Program-made: the position numbers and the translations under genes
In this document: one piece after another, positions 35,520-45,154 of the stretch
How positions within the stretch are numbered: the first letter of the stretch is position 1
Layout: each line of letters begins with the position of its first letter
Notes under the pieces: model-generated
Told to the model about the DNA's origin: nothing
Seen by the model: the letters and a program-made list of their open reading frames with translations, nothing else
Databases searched by the model: none
Source: Paraphysomonas bandaiensis
Lineage: Eukaryota; Protista; Chrysophyceae
NCBI GenBank assembly: GCA_965644295.1
Contig: CBFFRP010000464.1
Coordinates: 1-45,154, forward strand
DNA length: 45,154 nucleotides
Reading direction: 5' to 3'

Positions 35520-36604
35520 TGCAAGGAGCTACCTGTTCCATCCGATCGTTCCTCTCGCACTAGAGCATCTATCTCCCGCGGGTGTCGTTCTCATAATGGT
35601 AGTGGTGTACCCCCCTCATTGGCCTCACTGGCTGCAGCCTCTCGTCTCAGTGTGGATAATATACCCATACAGAGAGATGGCGATAGATCTTCTCCTTCTC
35701 CATCCCCTTGGGCTTTACTCAGTGATATATTAGGTCACATGAATGCTGCGCACATTAAAAGTATTACTGTTATGGAAGGATGTCTCCGCCTGGCACATGA
35801 ACGCATTCCCCCTCGTCTTCGCGGGTCATGGAAAGCTGAGGGAATCATCCTTTCCCAAGATGTGTTTGTCCAAGGCTTCACACAAACCATGCCCAACATA
35901 CCCCGCAGCAAGGTTGAGGCTCTTTATGCACTGCTGGCCAAGGAGGGAGGTGTGGCACTTCACTCCATATACGGTATGCTTTCTCTCTGTCTTCTCAAAC
36001 GAGGCGCCTCTGTGCCGGAGGTACATACATTGAAGCATAAAATCGAATCTTAACAATAGCTGTATTGTTTATAGATAGCGCACGCTGTATTTGATGGCAT
36101 TGCCTGGGAGCTTACCCATCTTATTTCCGAAGAGCGTCCTACGAATGCTCCTGACCTTTTTAACGACCCTTCTCTTAGGTATGCGTAAAGAAATTCAAAC
36201 TCATGCAAATGTTTATGTTTTCGATGTACAGGATGCCATCTCAGGCTGTGGCGGGAGTGTTGTCTGACATTTGTTCCCTTGTGTCTTCGTCATCATACAA
36301 TGACCTTCCATTTGTGCGAGACAAATTGAACGAGTTCATGGAGCTCAAGACACTTGCCCACCACAGGCAGATCAGCACCTCTACTCAGTTTTGCAGCACC
36401 GACAGGGGCACTGTGTCAATGTCTGAGTTGATTGACTTTTTTGAGTCGCGACGGTCATACCGCACTCTGCTTCTGGGCACTCACCTTGACGTCTCCCTGC
36501 AGCTCTGTCCAAAGGCTGCCAGTGTAGAATTCAAGTACGATTTGAAGGTGGCAGAGATCATGGCATCGGATTCAAAAAATTCTTTACCAATACAGAGCAA
36601 TTAG
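35520..36604 (+). CDS. Hypothetical multi-exon protein, possibly with degenerate EF-hands
   Basis: Exon-like pieces 35619-36020, ~36075-36178 and ~36232-36600 with GT-AG junctions. 'STDRGTVSMSELIDFF' is EF-hand-like. Ends uncertain. Confidence 0.45.
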
Positions 36605-37204
36605 CCTCTGCATGTATTTCCTGCTGATGTACAGTATCAGTAGGTCACTTCTTCGAGTACCATTTGGACTGGCTTTCTAAATATCCATCAGGAAGCAATT
36701 GCCAATGTGCGATTGCATTTGCTATTATACTCTGCTGAATACTCAGTAGCAATTTATATATATTATTTGATTTACTGAATGCAAGAAATTTATGCGCGTC
36801 AGCGTGAGATACCCATGCCTATGATATTATTAGCTTCAGCTATGATACATTCTAGTATTTGAATATTATACAGTTGCCAACATTAACATTAATAATATGA
36901 TATATGTAAAGCTTCTCAAACTGTTTAGTTAGATATTCTCCAAGTCCTTTAGTATCTTCAGAACTTTACGTCGTGGGAACTAACGTGATGCATAATGATA
37001 TCATAATGCAGGGTCGATTTATGCGGGTGGTTCTTGACTCTTACACTAATGTAGTTTATGCAATATGACACTAACTGTGTGCGCAAAAACAATAGTCTAT
37101 CTAGTAGTGACAACTTAACTTTTCTTCAATTAACTAAGTGATGAAATGAGCCAAATCTAATGAATAGACATGCCGATCATTTGTGAATATAAAACGATGT
37201 TACT

Positions 37205-37511
37205 AGAGTTCTTGCTATTAGAACTAGTGCAGCAAAACAATTTAACTAACCAGTAGTTAAGTGGTTAACTCTAATATCCTACAATTTAACTCTACGAAAG
37301 CTGCTTGTGCGTCACCGCAAGCACCAAGGTGAAACCACTTTCGCTCTCTGTCCTTACAGTGGACAGCCCTAATGCTTGACTTCAGCAGGCAGCCCAATAC
37401 CCCAGATGCCCTTGAGGTGGGCCCATTCCATGATGCCTGTTTAGTCGTCAAAGCCAAAATACGTATACGTTATACATTAGTGTCCCTTGTACCACACAAG
37501 CATTTGGCTAT
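37205..37511 (+). repeat. Dispersed repeat family X, copy 4 (truncated by the PHIS element)
   Basis: Core ~37292-37340. The downstream 'gacttcagcaggcagcccaata' and 'agtgtcccttgtacca..ggctat' match copies 1 and 3. Confidence 0.85.
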
Positions 37512-39870
37512 TTAGGAAAACTGAATTTCTGAATACTGAATTCTGAAAATTCAGTGGTCAAAAATGGCTTTTTTGGTGGCTTATTAAGCAAAACTGAATT
37601 CTGAACACTGAATATAGCGATAAAATTCAGTATTCAGTGTCGATCACTGAATAAAAATCCACCTGAAAATGCTTTTTCAGTGAGAGGTCGGAGCACTGAA
37701 TACTGAATTTCTTTACTGAAATATACACACAATATATGCACTTTAAAGTACCTTATATATCACTATAAGTAAGAAATATGAGTACCAGTGATCGTGAACC
37801 GGAACATTCCGAGGAGGAGAAAGAATTAGACAACAAAGAGGAGGAGCATCCTTCATCTTGACATTTTGAAGGTCGATAAGGACTACCCAGCAGTGGAGGA
37901 ATTGATAAAGCAGCTGAAAGGGAATACCAAGGGTGCTTTGGCCAAGGTACATATCATATTATTTGTACAGTTGGAATAAGTAGTGTTTGTTTATACAGCA
38001 ACTGTTCTGTCTGGTCAGTGGAATAGCCGGGAACACTGTGACCGAGGAAGCAACTCCACTTTTATTCTTCTTGGGAAACCAGTAGAATATAGAGCTTTGA
38101 ACTCTTATTCCTTAACCCAAGGAAAGAAGCGAAAAGGATTATCAATTGATAATGTGAAGGATTTACGACAAAGCTTCAATAAGAAAGCCCGGCACGCCGT
38201 AGACGACGCCTTCCATACTCCGTCTACTTAAAGTTCGAAGCCTACTCCTACATCCAAGGAATCCATAACTACAAACGTAGTTATTACACATAAAGGCCTG
38301 ACTACTGAGGATGATTATGATGGTGATAGCGAAGAGTGCCGAAAAATCGCCCGCACCATAAAAGTAAACGAGAACTTGAAACCATAAAAGTAAATATTTG
38401 TATGAGGACTTATCAAACTTGTATATGAAAAGCTGAGATTATCGAACTTGGAAGTGAAAGTAATTAATATATGGAATTATTAGTTCATAGAAAATCTAAT
38501 TGCACATTCTTCTTCTATGCACACTCATGTTACGCTTGGGTACATTCTATCCAACACTGCATTTTGTATACGGTTCATTGGATGGAGCTCTTTAGCCTTT
38601 CCTCCAAATCTTTTTGGCCAATCAAGCTGGCCATATTGCCACTGAAACCTGAAGTGCGTGACCAATGCTTTTCTGGTCCTATCGTAGTCTCTTCTACTCC
38701 AGGGATTGAACTGCATGCCTTCGATCGTGGAAGTATCAACTCAGTATCAACGCATACCAGCTATTGATTCCCTTCTTTACTTCTGCAGGGGTCCAGTTGA
38801 AAAGCGCATTGGGATAGAACCACATCATCCTAGCCTCGAGATTATTAGGATTCAGCTTAATACATGATTGTATCTGTGAGTTATAATGTTCAATGAAATA
38901 TCTGTCGAAGATACGTGATCGTCATCATAACGTCGTCATTATCAGTTACACTTCTAACTATTCCGTTGTGCATGATAGCTACGTTCTATATTGTTATTCA
39001 TAATTTTCACTCTATCGTGCTCATTACTTACACTCTTATAATCACAACACTGTTTTACTATTATAAAGATCAATTCTTTATTGAGATTATATTACATCCA
39101 TACAGTTTCCATCTGTGCATACAGGTAAATGGCGTTGCAAGGGCGCCACAATCTCAGGGCCGATCAATCTAATGTTAATTCGGAGGGTACGAGGAGACCA
39201 CCCCGTATATTTTACACTTTTCCATTTCAGTCCATTTCGCAAATACCGAAATCTTGCTTTCAAGATCCCAAAGGTACATTCAACGTCCTTCCTTACTGAC
39301 TCCAAAAACTCCGACCAATGTACTTCGTGATGTCCAGTAGGACTGTGCATTGGATCCACAAAACATGGGTATTTCTGGTAACCTCCGTCTACTATGAAGT
39401 ACCCTCCTTTGCATCTCATGAGGTCACCGTTCTCATTGTATAAGTCGAACTCCGCTTCCTTCAGCTTTCCCATCATCACGTCATACGTGAATTCGTCTTC
39501 GACTGTAATTGTCTAGTCGCACTCGCGTCCATCGTAGAGGAAAGATATGAACATTATTCTGCGGTTATGGTCTACCACTGCTTGGTATGCCAAAGTGGTG
39601 AAGGGATAATTACCCTTACAGAAGTTGTGAAGATGCTTTGGGCGGCATCTCAACCAACGGAAATGGGTGATATCAGGTCTTAATGTTGTGTTCAGATGTG
39701 ATATATATGCATTCATGGAATTGTGTATTCAAATTTCGAAAAAAAAGAGATTTCAGTTATCATATTCAGTGATCACTAATAAGACACTGCGTCTACCACT
39801 GAATTTCACCCCTGAAAACCAAAATCACTGAATTTTCAGTATTCAGTATTCAGAAATTCAGTATTCCTAA
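37512..39870 (-). mobile_element. PIF/Harbinger-superfamily (PHIS; possibly ISL2EU-like) DNA transposon, defective
   Basis: TIR ttaggaa(a/t)actgaatttctgaatactgaat (29/30, extending to ~45 bp). Many ACTGAAT/ATTCAGT subterminal repeats. Flanked by AT on both sides. Confidence 0.88.
38525..39716 (-). pseudogene. Harbinger-type DDE transposase remnant
   Basis: TLAYQAVVDHNRRI..GRECD*TI (in-frame TAG), YFIVDGGY, FLESVRKDVECTFGILKARF and C-terminal ALVTHF..LDWP. The 5' part is deleted. Confidence 0.85.
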
Positions 39871-40277
39871 ATAAGACCCACCCTCAACCCTATCCAGGGA
39901 TATATCGATACAGTATATATATCCATGCAAAGAAGAAAGTGGGGCAAACAGACCGTCTCCCAATATTTCAATACACACCAAACATATACATATAGAGTAC
40001 TGGAGTATAGCGCATATATACACGTATACCTGGTATGTATATGGTACGATACTCTGTACAATCGGACCTGTTGCTAGATTTTATTTTATTGGCATTGCTT
40101 TAAAATTTTTGCTTGTACATCACAGCAGTGCAGAGTGGGCATATATCTGAGCTGATACACCCCACCCCAATAGAATAGTAATTGCACTATAGTGACAGTT
40201 GACAAATGAATAGATCGGATATGTGTGCATTGTATTGAGTGGTTGATATATTTAATTAGCTCCACTGAACGGACAGT

Positions 40278-41917
40278 ATGACTGTAGCTGTATTTATATT
40301 AGTGCTGTATCAATTATTTAATAGCGTTACGTTTGTAAGTGCAGCAGAGTATAGTTTTCGACAGAGTAGTGGTGAAAGTTTAATTCGGCGTAAGTTATCG
40401 AGTTCAACGGGCTTTGCTGCTGCTGCAGTACATGAGATTCATCCATCTGAAGCCATATCGCATCACTGGTTTGGATCATCTGTTTTTGTTTCGGAACGAA
40501 CGGCTATAGTTGGTGCACCAGGAGATAGTGATTACAGCAAGTATGGAGCTGCGTATGTATTTAGAAAGTCCGGTGGTCACTGGAAAGAGATTCGAAAACT
40601 AGCCCCCTCTATACCTGTGGTAGATGATGGCTTCGGCTCTGCTGTGTCAATATATGAAAATTATGCGGTTATTGGAGCATACAGGTAGGGTACTACGCTC
40701 TTTACTTTAATTGTAACGCTGTGTTTTTATAATTCAGAGATGATACCAACGGGGAAGACTCTGGCAGTGTGTATTATTTTTCTGGTGACGATAACTGGGC
40801 GCAGGTTCAAAAAATTGTTCCTTCGGATGGCTCATCGCTCGATTACTTTGGAAGCAGTATTTCACAGTACCGTCGCGAAGAACTCGTTGTTGGGGCGTGG
40901 GGTGTTGACTATGGTGGATACACATCTTGTGGTGCAGCGTACTTTTACCGTTTCGGAAACTCGAAGTGGAACCTGGAGGAGAAAGTACTACCGGCTGACT
41001 CGCATAGTTACCAATGGTTCGGTGTCAGTGTATCAATTTACCAAAGTAAAGCTGCCGTTGGTGCATGGGGCGACAGCGAGGGGGGTGCCGTGAGTGGTGC
41101 TGTTTATACGTATGACCATACAATGGGCGACTGGCACAAGATACAGAAGTTCTCCACTGGAATAACAAGTAACCATATGGGGTATGCAGTGAGTATGCAC
41201 GAGGATGTGCTTGCAGTAGGACTCCCTAACTCATACCGTACGACTATGGGCACTACAAATAACCCAAATGCTTACCGTACAGGCATGGTGAAGATATTCC
41301 GGCTACGCGATTACAATCACTGGGAGCTCGAACAGAATGTTATTTGTGAAGATTGTGACAATCTTGTTTCCTTTGGGCAAAGCGTATCTGCTTCATCTGG
41401 GAAAGTTGTGATTGGACGGCATGGTGCGGCTGAAGTATGGACTCTGGACGCTTCAAAGGCGGTGGGGTACAGGTGGAGCCAAGAGGTGGTGCTCTATAGT
41501 GGTGATAGTGCGGCTGATGATTCATATTTCTTTGGGTCCGCAGTAGCCATAGATGGTGGGAATGTGTTGATTGGTGTCAAGGACAGTGAAATGCGTATTC
41601 ATTCTTCTTCGGACTCATACACTCGTATAGAGGAGGCAGGTGTGGCTGTAATGTTCGAGAGCCCGCGTAACGTCTCCTCCAATAAGTTTTACTACGAGCA
41701 AAATTTGCAGATGTACGTTGCATTGTACGTCATGATAATAATAGGAATTGCTGTGCTTTTAGTAGCACCTGTCGTAATATTTGGGTATCATATGTACTCT
41801 GAAGAAAAAGACGCGACGAAAATGTTGGAGATGAAGCCATTTATTAAACCCTCTACTCAAGGAAGTAGCAGCTCTCATGGAATGAAAAACAATCCGATTG
41901 GTCGCATGCAATCGTAA
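40278..41917 (+). CDS. FG-GAP-repeat (integrin-alpha-like beta-propeller) type I membrane protein, one intron ~40686-40736
   Basis: Signal peptide; repeated FGSSV..VGAP..GAAYVF units; C-terminal TM helix YVALYVMIIIGIAVLLVAPVVIFGY. Confidence 0.88.
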
Positions 41918-42368
41918 TGATATTTTTCTTGCTTATTGAACCCTTGTTGACACAGGAATATTTGTCTGGATGATCATTTAGTAGTAAGTAATTAATTGCG
42001 TGTACCTCATTTTCTTGTCAGGGATTTATTCCCGTTCGCTTGCGAGAAACAACAGTCCCTGTAATATATATGTCTAATATGTGCACAAACTGAAAGCATT
42101 TACACTTTCCGCTGCAGCAGTGCTAAACATGAATAGCAGTATTATTACATGCACCAGACTCATTCGATATTAAGTACTTCTAATGGCCGAGTTAAATAAT
42201 ATATACGACCAGTATCTCGGACCATTCGCAATAATACAGAACTTGTATTGAAGTAACTATACTCTAAATATTAAATATGCAGTTTCGTCATACCTTGTGC
42301 ACTCGCTCTTTACAATCAATGAAATACTTTAATAAAACTTTCCAGAATTGCCGTTTTCTACTCTCAGA

Positions 42369-42560
42369 GTGAATCTCTTATTGCTAGCAATAGTTGTTTA
42401 AGAGTCAGAAATAATTTAGCATTTCAATTAACAAGTGCTTAACTCTGATATCCTACTTTTTAACGCTACGAAAGCTACTTGTGCGTCACCGTGCAACCAC
42501 TTTGCTCTATCGCTCAAAGCAACTGCAGTGAACAAGCAGAATGTTGATATACCTGACATT
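42369..42560 (+). repeat. Dispersed repeat family X, copy 5 (12-bp deletion in the core)
   Basis: aacgctacgaaagctacttgtgcgtcaccg|tgcaaccactttgctctatc; flanks match copy 1. Confidence 0.8.
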
Positions 42561-43344
42561 ATCTGATAGCGTTGCATGGGTTGACATAAAAACTAAAGAT
42601 TTCTTGGAAAACAGACAGAGGAGTGAAAGCAGTTTGAATTAAGCTATAATGCGTTAAAGGCTGTAAATTAATATACATCAATACACCTTAATCCAGGCTG
42701 GTTTCTATTGTCTGCTGCTGTTAATTCGGTCAGCTACGATAAATGCCTACCCAAAGAAAGTATGCATCCTGTGGCTAATTCAGACGTGCTACTATATATG
42801 GAGGATATCTCTAATGCAGGTATACGGAGGGAATTCTTAATGCTGAGAATTGAATTCTTAGATCGAGCGAGTACAGTACAGAATTCAATACTGTGTGCTC
42901 ATTGGGACTACGACGTACAAAAGCTTAATTTATAGCAATATTTCGGACATTGAATTCTAGAATTGGTGATTTTCTAAATGATCTAATAATCTGGTTAAAT
43001 AGTAGGGATTTGGGAAGTAAATAGGTAAGTTTTAGGATGAGGGAAGTATATATTCTGGAATTCTTGGAATGGAATGTCGTATGTTGAAGATGGGAGAAAG
43101 TGTTGTTCGAGATGACGTGGTGCGTCTATCATATGCAAAAATACATAGCAAAAAATAGCGACAATCTTTTTTGTCGAATCTTGAGAGTATGCCAATTTGA
43201 GTGCAAGAATGACCATATATCGGACTCAGCTCAGCTTATATATACATACATACATGCACAGACATATATTCTCATCTGTGTACTTAACTACCTCATAGTA
43301 TATATATATATATTTGATGAGATATTTTGTATAAAACTTAAATT

Positions 43345-45154
43345 ATGGCAAAGGAATTATTACTGAATGTTCTTGTGAATGTGTTGGGTGATTACATTGA
43401 GGGAATTACTAAAGAAAACCTTAAAGTGGGCGTCTGGTCTGGAAAAATAGAATTAAGTCATTTACAATTAAATAAATCAGGAATAGAGAAACTGAAGCTT
43501 CCTCTAACTGTTCAAAATGGATATGTTGATTCTTTGCAAGTCAGTATACCATGGACTTCATTGGCAAGTCAACCGGTTCGTATAAGTATCAATGGAGTGT
43601 ACCTGCAGATGGGGCCATTGGATATATCGCAGTTGGATCCTAAAGAAGCTCACGACAGAAACATTGCTTCCGCACGATCTCGACTGGAACAGGCAGAGAA
43701 ATCACTTGAGTTTGCAGCTCAATTATCTGAGAACGATGACCCTAAGACTATAAGCTATTTTCAGAATCTTGCGACGAAAATTATTGATAACCTTGAAATT
43801 AGAGTTTCAAATATTCATGTTAGATATGAAGATGATAGTTTGTTTCCGGGGGAAATATTTTCATGGGGGTTTTCACTCGAACAATTCATAGTGACCACGA
43901 CCAACAGCAATTGGCAAGAGGCGTTTGTCGCTCGAGACGACTCTAAACGTGCATCTGTCCACAAGCTCATCACAGTGCAGAACTTTGTCCTGTATTGGAA
44001 TGTTGAATCCACAGTGCTTCCAACTAGCTCTCTCAATGAATGGATGCGAAAAATGGAGTCTTTAGTGTGGAGGAAGGGCTCGTCCCCGAATCTACAACAG
44101 TATGTGTTTGCTCCGCCGAACGCCTTATTTGTGAAAGTTATACATAATGATTACGAGGGAGCGGTGCCTAAGATCGAAGCTTCTGTGGAGAGTATTGATA
44201 TGCGAATTAATTTAGACCGGACGCAATATCATCAAATGATGCGTAGCATGGATGCATACGGATGTCTGGGAGTGAAGCAGCGCCTACTCCAATTCCGTCC
44301 CATATCCTCTCCTCGTTCTGACCCCATGGCATGGTGGCGATACGCACTCATTCTGGTAACAAAGAATGAGCGGATTTTTTCCAACAAAGGAGAAATTTTG
44401 CGCCAATGTCTGCGGCATCGGTCACGATATATGCATCTGGTTGAGAAAAGGAAATTAATACAAGAATCCGGAGAATGTGAGCCTCTGAAAGAAGAAGAGG
44501 AAGCGGAGTTGACTCGAATTGAGGAAGTAATTCCACTTGATACTCTTATACTTTACAGGAAATTGGCCATGAAGACTGTAGTAGTAAAGAATAAACGCAC
44601 GAAAAAGCGGTTAGAGCGGCAGGCACAAGCGGCAAAGTTGGCATCTTCTTGGTTCAGCTGGGGTAGGCGACCGCCTTCTGAAGTGGAGGAGGGAAATGAA
44701 AGTGATGATGTTGCCATTGAAAAACTTCAACTAGACCTGGAGGATGCAATGTCGCAGTCAATGCTTGATCCCTCTGCATTTACTGTTAACTTTTCTTACG
44801 TGTCCAGCACTTCTATTCGGGTGACTGCAGACTATGTGCCGGTTGCCCTCATGACGATGGCGTGCTCATTGCGGGGAGAGCTTCGTGCGGACTCTCTGTC
44901 TGCTTCTCTCCAAATGACTGACCTCACCATCAAAGACGAATTTACTCCCGAACCTGTCTACCCCAACATTGTGTCTGTACTTAGGGAAGGGCCAAATACT
45001 GATAAAACCGATGCCCCTCCATTTTCACTTTCATTGGAAAAAGAGGGTGGAAAGATGAGGATATCGATGTCTGCTCTCCCACTGGAGTTGTGTGTAAATA
45101 AGTTCTGTATTCAGCAGCTACTATCTGTCGTTCAAGTTCCTCCGCATATTTCCA
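43345..45154 (+). CDS. VPS13: VPS13-family lipid transfer protein, 5' part (runs off the window; absent from the ORF track)
   Basis: MAKELLLNVLVNVLGDYIEGITKENLKVGVWSGKIEL..LPLTVQNG..IPWTSL (Chorein-N), KIIDNLEIRVSNIHVRYED and WWRYA motifs. Confidence 0.92.
   Translation, partial: MAKELLLNVLVNVLGDYIEGITKENLKVGVWSGKIELSHLQLNKSGIEKLKLPLTVQNGYVDSLQVSIPWTSLASQPVRISINGVYLQMGPLDISQLDPKEAHDRNIASARSRLEQAEKSLEFAAQLSENDDPKTISYFQNLATKIIDNLEIRVSNIHVRYEDDSLFPGEIFSWGFSLEQFIVTTTNSNWQEAFVARDDSKRASVHKLITVQNFVLYWNVESTVLPTSSLNEWMRKMESLVWRKGSSPNLQQYVFAPPNALFVKVIHNDYEGAVPKIEASVESIDMRINLDRTQYHQMMRSMDAYGCLGVKQRLLQFRPISSPRSDPMAWWRYALILVTKNERIFSNKGEILRQCLRHRSRYMHLVEKRKLIQESGECEPLKEEEEAELTRIEEVIPLDTLILYRKLAMKTVVVKNKRTKKRLERQAQAAKLASSWFSWGRRPPSEVEEGNESDDVAIEKLQLDLEDAMSQSMLDPSAFTVNFSYVSSTSIRVTADYVPVALMTMACSLRGELRADSLSASLQMTDLTIKDEFTPEPVYPNIVSVLREGPNTDKTDAPPFSLSLEKEGGKMRISMSALPLELCVNKFCIQQLLSVVQVPPHIS

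Noticed and set aside
17889-39870. Fanzor/TnpB or another RNA-guided nuclease inside the transposons
   Set aside because: No RuvC or TnpB-type Zn-finger motifs recognised in any ORF; only MULE and Harbinger DDE motifs were found.
39881-39888. ccctcaac just right of the PHIS element as the missing end of X copy 4
   Set aside because: Wrong orientation for that copy, and the adjacent sequence does not resume the X consensus.
42820-43075. Cluster of GAATTC/GAATT motifs as a MITE
   Set aside because: No terminal inverted repeats or TSD could be defined.

Overview
Eukaryotic (protist) genomic DNA. The short GT-AG introns, axonemal dynein gene and TE types suggest a flagellated stramenopile, but this is inference. 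Bases 1 to ~7.3 kb are very AT-rich, intron-less and gene-dense. They are the right-hand part of an endogenous Polinton-like/virophage-like dsDNA virus: major capsid protein, basic core-like protein, adenain-type cysteine protease, GHSLGG lipase, coiled-coil fibre, small ORFs, a shared TATATA(G)ATG start motif and a palindrome-rich terminal region. The remainder is host DNA: DNAI2, hot-dog thioesterase, NF-YB, KIX-like protein, aldo-keto reductase, EEP nuclease, histone H4 pseudogene, quinone oxidoreductase, BAR-SH3 protein, FG-GAP membrane protein and the 5' part of VPS13. It also holds a MULE, a PIF/Harbinger-type (PHIS) element and a LINE RNase H remnant. An unannotated dispersed repeat ('X', 5 copies) has a conserved hairpin core, and four of its copies are interrupted by or lie next to a different mobile element. 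Other highlights are a candidate -1 frameshift in a viral gene, a probable protease-activated virion lipase, and TATG/CATA tracts at host gene 5' ends. All family assignments come from motif recognition by eye, not from database searches.
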